The notes under the pieces were generated by a model. It saw only the letters and a list, made by a program, of their open reading frames with translations. It was not told where the DNA came from and did no database searches. A stretch of 63,232 nucleotides of DNA from Bacteroidota bacterium. GTDB lineage: Bacteria > Bacteroidota > Bacteroidia > AKYH767-A > OLB10. Below are positions 9,705 through 20,230 of this stretch, piece by piece. The DNA lies in contig CANFIN010000004.1 of assembly GCA_947447155.1 (NCBI GenBank), positions 1 to 63,232 on the forward strand. Reading direction: 5' to 3'. Numbering within the stretch: the first letter of the stretch is position 1; each line of letters opens with the position of its first letter. The position numbers and the translations under genes are program-made.

Positions 9705-11021
9705 ATGAAAATAGCAGTAGTAGGAACAGGATATGTAGGATTAGTTACAGGAACATGCTTTGCAGAAAATGGCAACCATGTTACTTGCGTGGATATTGAT
9801 GCGAATAAGGTAGAGAAAATGAAAAACGGAATAATTCCGATTTACGAACCTCACTTAGATGTTTTATTCGAGCGCAACATCAAACAAAATAGATTAGTAT
9901 TTACTACCAATCTGGAAGAGGCAATTAAAGATGCATCTATTATTTTCTTAGCATTGCCAACACCTCCAGGTGAAGATGGGTCTGCAGATTTGTCGTATGT
10001 TTTAGGAGTAGCAAAACAGTTAGGGAAAATAATCAATGAATATAAAATCATTATCAATAAAAGCACAGTACCTGTTGGCACAGCAGAAAAAGTTCGTGCT
10101 GCTGTTGCTGAAAATGCAACGTGTGAATTCGATGTAATTTCTAATCCAGAGTTTCTAAGAGAAGGTTTTGCAGTAGATGATTTTATGAAACCAGATCGCG
10201 TGGTGATTGGAACACGCAGTGAGAAAGCAAAGAAAATTATGAGTGATTTATACGCTCCTTTTGTTCGTCAGGGAAATCCGATTTATTTTATGGATGAGCG
10301 TTCCTCTGAATTGACAAAGTATGCAGCCAATGCATTCCTTGCAACTAAGATTACATTCATGAACGAGATTGCAAATTTATGCGAACGCGTAGGTGCTAAT
10401 GTGGATTCAGTGCGTATCGGAATTGGTTCTGATGATAGAATTGGAAAGCGATTTTTATTTGCTGGAATTGGATATGGCGGTAGCTGCTTTCCGAAAGATG
10501 TACAGGCATTAGCAAAAACATCTAGCGAATACAACTACGATTTTCAGATTTTAAATTCGGTAATGACTGTTAACGAAAAACAAAAAGTTACTATCGTAGA
10601 AAAAATAAAATCGTTTTACAACAATCAAATTGAAGGGAAAAAATTTGCATTGTGGGGTTTAGCATTTAAACCTGATACAGATGATATTCGTGAGGCACCA
10701 GCATTATACATCATTCGCGAATTATTAGCAGCAGGAGCTACAATTTCTTCATTCGATCCAGAAGCGATGGAGAATGTCAAAAAAATAATGGGCGATAAAA
10801 TTGAATTTGCAAATGATCAATACGAAGCATTGAATAGTGCAGATGCATTAATCATTGCAACAGAGTGGTCTGTTTTCAGAACACCTGATTTTGACAAAGT
10901 GAATGGACTGATGAAATCGAAAGTGATTTTCGATGGAAGAAATTTATACGACTTACAACGAATGAATGAACTTGGCTACTACTATAATAGTGTAGGAAGG
11001 GATGTCGTAAAATCAAACTAA
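9705..11021 (+). CDS. ugd: UDP-glucose 6-dehydrogenase
   Basis: 438 aa with an N-terminal [10 protein letters not shown] Rossmann motif and catalytic GGSCFPKD. Confidence 0.93.
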   Translation: MKIAVVGTGYVGLVTGTCFAENGNHVTCVDIDANKVEKMKNGIIPIYEPHLDVLFERNIKQNRLVFTTNLEEAIKDASIIFLALPTPPGEDGSADLSYVLGVAKQLGKIINEYKIIINKSTVPVGTAEKVRAAVAENATCEFDVISNPEFLREGFAVDDFMKPDRVVIGTRSEKAKKIMSDLYAPFVRQGNPIYFMDERSSELTKYAANAFLATKITFMNEIANLCERVGANVDSVRIGIGSDDRIGKRFLFAGIGYGGSCFPKDVQALAKTSSEYNYDFQILNSVMTVNEKQKVTIVEKIKSFYNNQIEGKKFALWGLAFKPDTDDIREAPALYIIRELLAAGATISSFDPEAMENVKKIMGDKIEFANDQYEALNSADALIIATEWSVFRTPDFDKVNGLMKSKVIFDGRNLYDLQRMNELGYYYNSVGRDVVKSN

Positions 11022-12001
11022 TGATAATGGAAAAGAAAAGAGTTTTAATTACAGGTGCTGCAGGATTTTTAGGTTCTCATTTGTGCGACCGCTTTATTCG
11101 TGAAGGATATGATGTGGTTGGAATGGATAATTTAATTACTGGCGATCTAAAAAATATCGAACATCTATTCAAGTTAAAAGAGTTTGAATTTTATCATCAT
11201 GATGTAAGTAAGTTCGTTCATGTACCAGGAAGAATAGATTACATTTTACATTTTGCTTCTCCTGCAAGTCCGATTGATTATTTAAAGATTCCTATTCAAA
11301 CTTTAAAAGTAGGATCATTAGGAACACATAATTTACTTGGCTTTGCGAAGGTGAAGAAAGCAAGAATCTTAGTTGCATCAACGAGTGAAGTTTATGGCGA
11401 CCCAACAGTTCATCCGCAAACAGAAGACTATTGGGGAAATGTAAACCCGATAGGTCCGCGTGGCGTGTATGATGAAGCAAAACGTTTTCAGGAAGCTATT
11501 ACAATGGCTTACCACACCTACCATAATCTTGAAACAAGAATTGTAAGAATATTTAATACCTATGGTCCTCGTATGCGTTTGAATGACGGACGTGTATTGC
11601 CTGCGTTCATCGGACAAGCACTGCGTGGTGAAGACTTAACTGTTTTTGGAGATGGATCACAAACTCGATCGTTTTGTTATGTAGATGATTTGATAGAAGG
11701 AATTTATCGTTTGTTGATGAGTGATTATGTTTACCCTGTCAACGTTGGTAATCCTCAAGAAATTACCATTCGTGAATTTGGTGAAGAGATTATCAAACTA
11801 ACAGGAACAAAGCAACAATTAATCACAAAGCCGTTGCCTCAGGATGATCCGAAGCAACGCAAACCAGATATATCAAGAGCAATAGAAATTTTAGGTTGGG
11901 AACCGAAAGTAAACAGAGAGGAAGGATTACGAATTACCTACGAATATTTCAAAAATCTACCTCCTGATGAATTAAATAAAACTGCTCATCGTTTCGCTTA
12001 A
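11021..12001 (+). CDS. uxs: UDP-glucuronate decarboxylase (UDP-xylose synthase), SDR family
   Basis: [16 protein letters not shown] (YxxxK) and [11 protein letters not shown], characteristic of UXS. TAATG overlap with ugd. Confidence 0.88.
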   Translation: MIMEKKRVLITGAAGFLGSHLCDRFIREGYDVVGMDNLITGDLKNIEHLFKLKEFEFYHHDVSKFVHVPGRIDYILHFASPASPIDYLKIPIQTLKVGSLGTHNLLGFAKVKKARILVASTSEVYGDPTVHPQTEDYWGNVNPIGPRGVYDEAKRFQEAITMAYHTYHNLETRIVRIFNTYGPRMRLNDGRVLPAFIGQALRGEDLTVFGDGSQTRSFCYVDDLIEGIYRLLMSDYVYPVNVGNPQEITIREFGEEIIKLTGTKQQLITKPLPQDDPKQRKPDISRAIEILGWEPKVNREEGLRITYEYFKNLPPDELNKTAHRFA

Positions 12002-12013
12002 AAAAATAATAAA

Positions 12014-12583
12014 ATGGATTATTCAGTTCACCCTTCTGCAATAGTAGATGAAGGATGTAAAATAGGAAAAGGAACAAAAATCTGGCACTTCTCGCACATC
12101 ATGCCTAACTGTGAAATTGGAGAGAATTGCAACATCGGACAAAACGTAGTTGTATCGCCGCAAGTGATCTTAGGCAACAATGTAAAAGTTCAGAATAATG
12201 TTTCTATCTACACCGGAGTAATTTGCGAAGACGATGTTTTTTTAGGACCAAGTATGGTATTTACGAATGTAATTAATCCGCGTAGTGCTGTTAATCGCCG
12301 CGATCAATATTTAAAAACTACTGTTAAGCGTGGTGCTTCTATTGGTGCTAATGCAACAATTGTTTGCGGACATGATATTGGCGCGTTTGCATTTATTGGC
12401 GCTGGCGCTGTTGTAACGAAGAATGTTCCTGATTACGCATTAGTAATTGGCAATCCTGCGCGTCAGACAGGCTGGATGAGTGAATTTGGACATAAATTAA
12501 AATTTGATTCAGAAGGTATTGCAGTTTGTCCGGAGAGCAATGAAAAATACCAACTAAAAAATAATTTAGTAACTAAGTTGTAA
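12014..12583 (+). CDS. Left-handed beta-helix N-acetyltransferase, WbpD-like (UDP-2-acetamido-3-amino-2,3-dideoxy-glucuronate N-acetyltransferase type)
   Basis: 189 aa with hexapeptide repeats. ..[19 protein letters not shown].. and ..[14 protein letters not shown].. match the WbpD/WlbB pattern. Confidence 0.85.
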   Translation: MDYSVHPSAIVDEGCKIGKGTKIWHFSHIMPNCEIGENCNIGQNVVVSPQVILGNNVKVQNNVSIYTGVICEDDVFLGPSMVFTNVINPRSAVNRRDQYLKTTVKRGASIGANATIVCGHDIGAFAFIGAGAVVTKNVPDYALVIGNPARQTGWMSEFGHKLKFDSEGIAVCPESNEKYQLKNNLVTKL

Positions 12584-12584
12584 A

Positions 12585-13646
12585 ATGAGAGATTATCATA
12601 ATGGCAAAATAAAATTTGCAGTAATAGGTTGCGGACATATTGGCAAACGCCATGCTGAAATGATTCGTCGCAATGAGGAAGCAGAATTAGTTGCGATGTG
12701 CGATATACGCGCAAAAGAAAATTGTGGATTAGAAAGTTTCGAAGGCGTTTCATTCTATCAATCAGCTGAAGAAATGCTTAGTAAGCATCCTGAAATTGAT
12801 GTGGTGAATGTTTGTTCTCCAAATGGATTGCATGCAGATCATTCGTTAAAGGCGCTGGAATTTCAGAAGCATGTGGTTTGCGAAAAGCCAATGGCTATTA
12901 ACAAAGCAGATTGCGAAAAAGTAATCTATAAAGCGCTGCAAGTTTCTAGAAATGTGTTTGGGGTAATGCAGAACCGTTACTCTCCTCCTTCGGCATGGTT
13001 AAAAGATGTAATTTCTAATAATCGCTTAGGCGAAATTTACATGGTTCAATTAAATTGCTTTTGGAATCGTGATGAACGTTATTACACAGGTAAAAACTGG
13101 AAGGGGTCGAGTGATTTAGATGGCGGTACTTTGTTTACACAGTTTTCTCACTTCATCGATATCATGTATTGGATTTTTGGAGATATCACTGACATCAATG
13201 GAGTTTTTGCCGATTTTAATCATGAGCATTCAACATCGTTTGAAGACTCAGGAATTGTGAACTTTAAATTTGTAAATGGAGGAATGGGATGTATCAATTA
13301 CTCGACTGCTGTATGGGATAAAAATTTAGAAAGCAGCATCACTGTTATTGGAAGCAATGGAAGTATTAAAGTAGGCGGACAATATATGAATGAAGTAGAA
13401 TACTGCCATATCAGAGATTATATGATGCCTGAATTACCTCCTGCAAATCCTGCAAATGATTACGGTCATTACAAAGGGTCTGCTGCAAACCATCATTACA
13501 TCATCGAGAATGTAATCGACACTTTGAAAGAAAGAAATACAATGACTACAAATGCTCTAGAAGGTTTGAAAGTTGTCGAAATAATCGAACGTATTTACGC
13601 ATTAAGAAATATCACTAAAAAAGAAATCCGTTTCAATAATGTATAA
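12585..13646 (+). CDS. Gfo/Idh/MocA-family oxidoreductase, WbpB-like (UDP-GlcNAcA 3-dehydrogenase type)
   Basis: 353 aa with an N-terminal FAVIGCGHIGKRHAEMI Rossmann fold and EKPMA motif. Adjacent to the WbpD-like and dehydrogenase genes. Confidence 0.82.
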   Translation: MRDYHNGKIKFAVIGCGHIGKRHAEMIRRNEEAELVAMCDIRAKENCGLESFEGVSFYQSAEEMLSKHPEIDVVNVCSPNGLHADHSLKALEFQKHVVCEKPMAINKADCEKVIYKALQVSRNVFGVMQNRYSPPSAWLKDVISNNRLGEIYMVQLNCFWNRDERYYTGKNWKGSSDLDGGTLFTQFSHFIDIMYWIFGDITDINGVFADFNHEHSTSFEDSGIVNFKFVNGGMGCINYSTAVWDKNLESSITVIGSNGSIKVGGQYMNEVEYCHIRDYMMPELPPANPANDYGHYKGSAANHHYIIENVIDTLKERNTMTTNALEGLKVVEIIERIYALRNITKKEIRFNNV

Positions 13647-14928
13647 CGAGTTAATCAAAAAAGAAAAAAAGCTTGCAGTAATCGGATTAGGTTATGTAGG
13701 ACTACCAATTGCATTAGAATTTGCAAAGAAACTTTCTGTGATTGGTTTTGACATCAATGCACAACGCGTAGAAATGATGCGTAACAAAATAGACCCAAGT
13801 GGTGAATTAGAAAGTAGCGCATTTGATAATTGTGATATTCAATTTACCGATTCATTGGATGTATTGAGAGAAGCAAACTTTTTTATTGTTGCCGTTCCCA
13901 CTCCTATTGATGATCATAACTTACCTGATTTAAAACCATTGTTAGGTGCAAGCAAATCGATTGCAGCTGCATTAAAGAAAGGCGATTACGTTGTGTATGA
14001 GTCGACAGTTTATCCAGGATGCACGGAAGACGATTGTATTCCGGTTTTAGAAGACATCACCGGATTAAAATACATTACTGATTTTAAAGTTGGTTATTCT
14101 CCTGAGCGTATTAACCCAGGCGATAAAGAACATACACTAGCAAAAATCACGAAGGTTGTTTCTGGATGCGATGCTGAATCAGTTGAAGAAATTGCAAAGG
14201 TTTATGAAATAGTTGTTGAAGCGGGAGTACATAAAGCTAGTTCTATTAAAGTAGCGGAAGCTGCAAAAATTATTGAGAACACACAGCGTGATGTGAATAT
14301 TGCTTTGATGAATGAGTTATCAATCATCTTCAACAAAATGGGAATTAACACCTATGAAGTATTAGAAGCTGCAGGGACTAAATGGAATTTTTTAAAATTT
14401 ATGCCAGGCTTAGTAGGCGGACATTGTATTGGTGTTGATCCTTACTACTTAACTTATAAAGCACAGGAGTTAGGCTATCATGCTCAAATAATAAATTCAG
14501 GTCGATATGTGAATGACTCGATGGGCTTCTATGTAGCGAAACAAACTGTTAAGAAATTAATTGCATTAGGTGTTGATATAAATAAAAGTCGCGTGCTAGT
14601 AATGGGCGCAACATTTAAGGAAGATGTTGAAGACATTCGTAATTCGAAAGTGGTAGATGTAATTAATGAATTTAAATCATACGGCGTAGCTGTTGATGTT
14701 ATCGACCCTCGTGCAAGTAGCGAAGAATTAAAACATGAATACGGTTTTGAATTAGTAGCTGAAGCTGGAACAGGATACGATGCAATCATCGTTGCAGTAA
14801 ATCATAAAGAATATAAAAAATTTACAGAAGCTGATTTCAAAAAAATATGTTCTGAAAAAGCTATTATTGTCGACTTAAAAGGAATTTTACGAGGGAAGAT
14901 TAAAGATTTAAATTACTGGAGTTTATAA
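13639..14928 (+). CDS. Nucleotide-sugar 6-dehydrogenase (UDP-GlcNAc / UDP-ManNAc dehydrogenase; WbpA/WbpO/TviB/WecC-like)
   Basis: 429 aa with VIGLGYVGLP and catalytic GGHCIGVDP. Overlaps the preceding gene by 8 nt. Confidence 0.85.
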   Translation: MYNELIKKEKKLAVIGLGYVGLPIALEFAKKLSVIGFDINAQRVEMMRNKIDPSGELESSAFDNCDIQFTDSLDVLREANFFIVAVPTPIDDHNLPDLKPLLGASKSIAAALKKGDYVVYESTVYPGCTEDDCIPVLEDITGLKYITDFKVGYSPERINPGDKEHTLAKITKVVSGCDAESVEEIAKVYEIVVEAGVHKASSIKVAEAAKIIENTQRDVNIALMNELSIIFNKMGINTYEVLEAAGTKWNFLKFMPGLVGGHCIGVDPYYLTYKAQELGYHAQIINSGRYVNDSMGFYVAKQTVKKLIALGVDINKSRVLVMGATFKEDVEDIRNSKVVDVINEFKSYGVAVDVIDPRASSEELKHEYGFELVAEAGTGYDAIIVAVNHKEYKKFTEADFKKICSEKAIIVDLKGILRGKIKDLNYWSL

Positions 14929-14935
14929 TTAATTG

Positions 14936-15982
14936 ATGAGTAATAAGCAACGCATATTAATCACAGGAGGGACTGGTTATATTGGTTCGCATACTGCTGT
15001 AGAATTAATTCAGAAAGATTTTGAGGTGCTTATTATCGACAACCTTTCTAACTCTTATGAAGAAGTAATTAATTCAATTGAAAAGATTACAGGAAAGAAA
15101 CCGGTATTTTTTAAAATTGATTTGAACAATAAAGAAGCCTTAGATTTTTTCTTTAAACAAAATACAATTGATGCAGTTATTCATTTTGCGGCTTACAAAT
15201 CGGTTGGCGAAAGTGTAGCTCATCCTTCAATGTATTATCGTAACAACATTAATTCGTTGTTAAATGTAGCCGATGCGTGCAATGAAAACGGTATAACAAA
15301 ATTTGTTTATTCATCATCCTGCTCTGTTTACGGTGAGCCGGATGTGTTACCTATCGATGAGAATGCTGTTATCAAACCAGCGGAGAGTCCTTATGCTAAT
15401 ACAAAAAAAATAGGCGAAGACATCCTTCGCGATATTTCAAAAAGCACTGCATTAAATACAATTGCATTGCGTTATTTTAATCCTGTTGGGGCACACGAAA
15501 GTGCTTTGATTGGAGAATATCCAGTTGGTACTCCTTTAAATTTATTTCCAGTTATTACTCAATCGGCTATAGGCAAACGCGGACCAATTACTGTTTTTGG
15601 AAGTGATTACAACACGAGTGATGGTAGTTGTGTTCGTGATTATATACATGTGGTTGATATTGCGCGTGCGCATGTGATAGCAATCGAGCGACTATTAAAT
15701 AACAATACAGAAAACAATTTTGAAATTTTCAATTTAGGAACTGGGAAAGGATTAACTGTTTTAGAAGTTATCAGTGCGTTTGAAAAATACAGCGGTGTGA
15801 AATTAAATTACACAATTGGTGATAGAAGATCCGGAGATGTTGAGAAAGTTTTCGCTGATACTAAAAAAGCAAATAACATTTTAGGGTGGAAAGCAATTCA
15901 TGAATTAGAATCGATGATTACATCAACATGGGAATGGGAAAAAAAGTTAAAATTAATAGGAACTAATTTTTCAAAAGTATAA
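14936..15982 (+). CDS. galE: UDP-glucose 4-epimerase
   Basis: TGGTGYIGSHT, SPYANTKK (YxxxK) and LRYFNPVGAH. ATG at 14936 (track TTG at 14933). Confidence 0.9.
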   Translation: MSNKQRILITGGTGYIGSHTAVELIQKDFEVLIIDNLSNSYEEVINSIEKITGKKPVFFKIDLNNKEALDFFFKQNTIDAVIHFAAYKSVGESVAHPSMYYRNNINSLLNVADACNENGITKFVYSSSCSVYGEPDVLPIDENAVIKPAESPYANTKKIGEDILRDISKSTALNTIALRYFNPVGAHESALIGEYPVGTPLNLFPVITQSAIGKRGPITVFGSDYNTSDGSCVRDYIHVVDIARAHVIAIERLLNNNTENNFEIFNLGTGKGLTVLEVISAFEKYSGVKLNYTIGDRRSGDVEKVFADTKKANNILGWKAIHELESMITSTWEWEKKLKLIGTNFSKV

Positions 15983-15984
15983 TA

Positions 15985-17040
15985 ATGATTAGAAAAATAT
16001 TAATTACGGGTGGTGCAGGATTTATCGGATCACATGTAGTAAGACGTTTTGTAAACAACTATCCATCTTATCAGATTTATAACCTTGACGCGTTAACGTA
16101 CGCAGGCAATCTTGCTAATTTAAGAGATATTGAAAACGCTTCAAATTACACTTTTATTAAAGGGGATATTACAGATAGTAGTTTAGTTCAAGCGCTATTT
16201 ACAGAGCATAACTTTGATGGTGTTATTCATCTTGCTGCAGAGTCGCATGTTGACAGAAGCATCGCCAATCCAATGTCGTTTGTAACAACTAATATTATTG
16301 GAACGGTTGTTTTATTAAATGCTGCCAAAGCAACATGGCATGGCAACTTCGACGATAAGTTATTTTATCATATCAGTACAGATGAAGTATATGGTAGTTT
16401 AGGTGAAGAAGGATTTTTTACTGAAGAGACAAAGTATGATCCGCACAGTCCTTATTCAGCATCTAAAGCCAGTTCTGATCATTTAGTAAGAGCATATCAC
16501 GATACGTATCAATTACCAGTTGTGATTTCTAATTGCTCTAACAATTATGGATCGTTTCAATTTCCGGAGAAGTTAATTCCGCTTGCAATTAATAATATCA
16601 TCAACAACAAGCCTATTCCTGTTTATGGCAAAGGCGATAACATTCGCGATTGGTTATTTGTAGAAGATCATGCAAGTGCTATTGATGTTATTTATCATAA
16701 AGGATTGCTTGGATCCACTTATAATATTGGTGGACATAACGAATGGAAAAATATTGATTTGATTCATTTGCTTTGCCGTATAATGGATAAGAAATTAGGA
16801 AAAGAAGAAGGCAGCACAAGTAAACTAATCACCTTTGTGAAAGATCGTGCTGGTCACGATTTGCGATATGCAATTGATGCTACTAAACTAAAAAACGATT
16901 TAGGATGGATGCCTTCTTTACAGTTTGAAGAGGGATTAGAAAAAACTGTCGACTGGTACTTATCCAATGAAGAATGGATTAATCAGGTTACAAGTGGAGA
17001 GTATCAAAAATTTTACGAAAAACAATATCACCAGCGTTAA
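15985..17040 (+). CDS. rfbB: dTDP-glucose 4,6-dehydratase
   Basis: TGGAGFIGSH, ISTDEVYG, YSASKASSDH and NNYGSFQFPEKLIP are typical RfbB motifs. Confidence 0.92.
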   Translation: MIRKILITGGAGFIGSHVVRRFVNNYPSYQIYNLDALTYAGNLANLRDIENASNYTFIKGDITDSSLVQALFTEHNFDGVIHLAAESHVDRSIANPMSFVTTNIIGTVVLLNAAKATWHGNFDDKLFYHISTDEVYGSLGEEGFFTEETKYDPHSPYSASKASSDHLVRAYHDTYQLPVVISNCSNNYGSFQFPEKLIPLAINNIINNKPIPVYGKGDNIRDWLFVEDHASAIDVIYHKGLLGSTYNIGGHNEWKNIDLIHLLCRIMDKKLGKEEGSTSKLITFVKDRAGHDLRYAIDATKLKNDLGWMPSLQFEEGLEKTVDWYLSNEEWINQVTSGEYQKFYEKQYHQR

Positions 17041-17057
17041 GAAATAAAATAAGTATT

Positions 17058-18068
17058 ATGTCAGAATTTAAAATGTACGATACACCATTTCACGAATCAT
17101 CATTAGCAAATACATCAGTATTGGTTACTGGAGGCGCTGGATTTATTGGATCAAACATTGTCACTTATTTGCTTGCACATGGTGTAAAGAAAGTTCGTGT
17201 ATTAGATAATTTAAGCAATGGCTTTTTAAGAAACCTTGAAGCTTTTAAAAATAATCCTGCCTTCGAATTTATGGAAGGCGATATAACGGTGATGGATGAC
17301 TGTAATAAAGCGTGTGAAGGAATCGACTTGGTTACACATCAAGCAGCATTAGGATCTGTACCGCGTTCAATAAAAAATCCGTTAGCAACGAGCGAAGCTA
17401 ACACAACAGGATTTTTAAATATGTTACTTGCAGCAAGAGATGCAGGCGTAAAACGATTTGTTTATGCAAGCTCAAGTTCTGTTTACGGCGATAGCACTGC
17501 CTCACCAAAGAAAGAAGAAAATTTAGGAAATCCTTTATCTCCTTATGCAGTTTCTAAACTTACAAATGAACTATATGCACGAGTGTTTTCAATGCATTAT
17601 GGAATTGAAACGATTGGCTTAAGATACTTTAATGTGTTTGGACCTAATCAAGATCCAAATGGACCGTATGCGGCAGCAATTCCTTTATTCATGAATGCAT
17701 TGTTGTTTGGAAAAGATGCCGTGATATATGGTGATGGAGAGCAAACAAGAGATTTCACATTTGTTGAGAATGCGGTTCAGGCAAATATTCGCGCCTTATT
17801 TACACCTAATAAAGAAGCAGTGAATAGAGTTTACAATGTAGCGGTTTCAGAAGCAGTATCAGTAAACGATTTATATCAAACTATTGCAATAATTGCTGGT
17901 AACAATAATAAGCCTGAATACGTTGCAGAGCGAAAAGGAGATATTAAAAATTCATTGGCTGATATTTCATTAGCAGTAAAATATCTTGGCTATGCTCCGC
18001 GATATAAGCACAAAGATGGATTATCAATTACGGTGAACTGGTTTAAAAACAATTATAGCAATGCTTAA
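17058..18068 (+). CDS. NAD-dependent SDR epimerase, WbpP/TviC-like (UDP-GlcNAc or UDP-GlcNAcA 4-epimerase type)
   Basis: TGGAGFIGSN, YAVSKLTNE, LRYFNVFGPNQDPNGPYAA and GDGEQTRDF. Confidence 0.8.
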   Translation: MSEFKMYDTPFHESSLANTSVLVTGGAGFIGSNIVTYLLAHGVKKVRVLDNLSNGFLRNLEAFKNNPAFEFMEGDITVMDDCNKACEGIDLVTHQAALGSVPRSIKNPLATSEANTTGFLNMLLAARDAGVKRFVYASSSSVYGDSTASPKKEENLGNPLSPYAVSKLTNELYARVFSMHYGIETIGLRYFNVFGPNQDPNGPYAAAIPLFMNALLFGKDAVIYGDGEQTRDFTFVENAVQANIRALFTPNKEAVNRVYNVAVSEAVSVNDLYQTIAIIAGNNNKPEYVAERKGDIKNSLADISLAVKYLGYAPRYKHKDGLSITVNWFKNNYSNA

Positions 18069-18813
18069 ATCTTTTTTTAATTTATTCTCATCAAAAAAAG
18101 AAGACAACTCAATTGAAACTGATTTTACATCAATTGGTGCAGACATGCATTCACATTTAATCCCAGGAATTGATGATGGTGCTAAAACGCTTGAGGATAG
18201 TATTGAACTAATACGATTTTTACATGCAAAGGGCTACTCTAAGATTATAACTACGCCACATATCATGAGCGATTATTTCAAAAACACACCTGAGATAATT
18301 CTTGGTGGACTAGAAGAAGTAAGAGCTGCAGTAAAAGAAAATAATATTCCTGTTACAATTGATGCAGCAGCAGAATATTATGTAGATGATGGATTTATCA
18401 GAAAATTAGAGGAAGAGGAATTATTAACCTTCGGTGATAAATATTTGCTAATGGAGGTTTCATATATTAATCCACCAGAGAATATTAAGGAAGTATTTTT
18501 CAGAGCACAAATTTTAGGGTACAAGCCTATTCTTGCACATCCAGAGAGATATCCATTTTGGTATAGGAATTTAGATGAATACCAGCATTTTTATGACATG
18601 GGTGTTGTTCTTCAATTGAATTTAAATTCGCTTAGTGGATATTACGGACCAGAAGCAAAAAAAATTGGAGAGAAGTTAATTGATATGCAAATTATTGGTG
18701 CGCTAGGTAGTGATATGCATCACATAAAACATGCAATGGCTTTAGACAAAGTGACGCGAGAAAAATATTTACAAAAGGCATTTGAATTGCCATTAATCAA
18801 TCGCTATTTGTAA
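18061..18813 (+). CDS. PHP-domain protein-tyrosine phosphatase (CpsB/YwqE/Wzh-like capsule regulator)
   Basis: 250 aa with HSHLIPGIDDGA near the N-terminus, TPH and HPERY motifs. Overlaps the epimerase gene by 8 nt. Confidence 0.82.
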   Translation: MLKSFFNLFSSKKEDNSIETDFTSIGADMHSHLIPGIDDGAKTLEDSIELIRFLHAKGYSKIITTPHIMSDYFKNTPEIILGGLEEVRAAVKENNIPVTIDAAAEYYVDDGFIRKLEEEELLTFGDKYLLMEVSYINPPENIKEVFFRAQILGYKPILAHPERYPFWYRNLDEYQHFYDMGVVLQLNLNSLSGYYGPEAKKIGEKLIDMQIIGALGSDMHHIKHAMALDKVTREKYLQKAFELPLINRYL

Positions 18814-18941
18814 TTAGCATTCACGACTCAAGTATTTTTTTTCGAATTGTAAGAAATACTGTAAGGTTTTTCAATTTTTGCTCCCTTCTATTTTTAAAAT
18901 GATTGCATCTTGTCACGGATAAATCATTAATCACATCTATT

Positions 18942-19190
18942 ATGCAACAGTTTGAAATTGAACAACACTTAAACGTAACCGCCAAGTTTGAATTGGTTAA
19001 CGGATCAATGAAGTATGGCGTTATCAACAAACAGATCGATGGAGAAAAAATCAGAAATGATTACTACTTCATTTCTCTTCAAAACGTAAAGAATTTTAAG
19101 AAGGCTGTAAGCTCACATAATTATGAATTCTGCAAAGCTTTGATGGAAAGAATCAACATCAAATTTATTAAGTCAATCCAGCCTATTTAA
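18942..19190 (+). CDS. Hypothetical small protein (82 aa)
   Basis: Only long frame in this gap. First ATG at 18942 (track start 18903 is TTG). No family recognised. Its stop abuts the trpS stop. Confidence 0.4.
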   Translation: MQQFEIEQHLNVTAKFELVNGSMKYGVINKQIDGEKIRNDYYFISLQNVKNFKKAVSSHNYEFCKALMERINIKFIKSIQPI

Positions 19191-20186
19191 CTAGCGGTAC
19201 TGGATACCCATTAATTCGCGTACTTCTTTTACTGTTTTAGAAGATGATGCGTGAGCTTTTTCTTTACCGATTTGTAATACCTTATTTAAGTATTGATCGT
19301 CGGCAGCAATCGCTTCTATTTTCTCTCGAAGAGGCGCCACAAATATTTCCATGTCCTCTGCTAATTGTTTTTTCAAATCGCCATAACGGATAGAACAATT
19401 ATTATAAGCCTCCTCAAAAAACTGAATTGTTTCAGGCTTTGAAACCACACTCAATAATGTAAACAAATTCTGTATCGATTCTGGCTTTACTGAGTTAGGC
19501 TCTGTCGGGCCACTATCAGAAACAGCGCGCATGATTTTCTTCTTTAATACATCTGCTTTATCAGCAAGAAAAACCGCATTGGCCTCTCCTTCTGATTTTC
19601 CCATTTTACCTGTACCGTCTAATCCTGGGATTTTCACTAACTGTTCTCCAAAATTATAAGCAACAGGCTCAGGAAAAAACTCAACATTGTACATGCGATT
19701 AAAACGATTACCAAACTGTCGCGTCATTTCAAGATGTTGTTCCTGATCTTTCCCTACTGGAACTTTTGAAGCTTTATGAATTAATATATCAGCAGCCATT
19801 AAAACAGGATATGTTAATAGTCCTGCGTTTATATTATCGGGTTGTTTCCTTGCTTTTTCTTTAAAAGTTGTAGCACGTTCAAGCTCTCCTAAATAAGCAT
19901 GCATATTTAATAGCAAATACAGCTCTGCTGTTTCAGGAATATCACTTTGCACATAAATAGTACTTTTCTCTGGATCCAGTCCGCAGGCTAAATACTCTGC
20001 TAATACCTGACGAACATTTTTCTTTAAAAGTGAGGCATCGGGATGAGTTGTTAATGAATGGTAATCTGCAATAAAGAAGAAGCAATTATTTACTTCCTGC
20101 ATGCGAATAAAATTCTTAACTGCACCGAAGTAATTTCCGAGGTGTAGATTTCCTGTGCTGCGAATTCCGCTTACAACTGTTTCCAT
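19191..20186 (-). CDS. trpS: Tryptophan--tRNA ligase
   Basis: Class I aaRS with GNLHLGNY (HIGH-type) and KMGKS (KMSKS-type) motifs. Family N-termini start right before ..V.SGIR.TG.., so I call the start at METVVSGIR (20186). The frame stays open upstream to 20444 (track start 20381 is TTG). Confidence 0.9.
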   Translation of the reverse strand: METVVSGIRSTGNLHLGNYFGAVKNFIRMQEVNNCFFFIADYHSLTTHPDASLLKKNVRQVLAEYLACGLDPEKSTIYVQSDIPETAELYLLLNMHAYLGELERATTFKEKARKQPDNINAGLLTYPVLMAADILIHKASKVPVGKDQEQHLEMTRQFGNRFNRMYNVEFFPEPVAYNFGEQLVKIPGLDGTGKMGKSEGEANAVFLADKADVLKKKIMRAVSDSGPTEPNSVKPESIQNLFTLLSVVSKPETIQFFEEAYNNCSIRYGDLKKQLAEDMEIFVAPLREKIEAIAADDQYLNKVLQIGKEKAHASSSKTVKEVRELMGIQYR

Positions 20187-20212
20187 AGATTGCGAAGATA
20201 ATAAAGGTTTGG

Positions 20213-20230
20213 TCCCGATAGCTATCGGGA
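20213..20230. promoter_or_regulatory. Perfect 18-bp palindrome TCCCGATAGCTATCGGGA, 27-44 nt upstream of the trpS ATG
   Basis: Read directly. Its TCCCG arm can alternatively pair with CGGGAT at 20242-20247 on the minus-strand RNA. Confidence 0.5.

Noticed and set aside
18821-19030. 69-aa minus-strand ORF overlapping the small plus-strand hypothetical gene
   Set aside because: It is Cys/Asn/Ile-rich with no signal or motif and would run into the end of the sugar cassette. The plus-strand ORF is longer and fits the gap, although it is itself only moderately supported.
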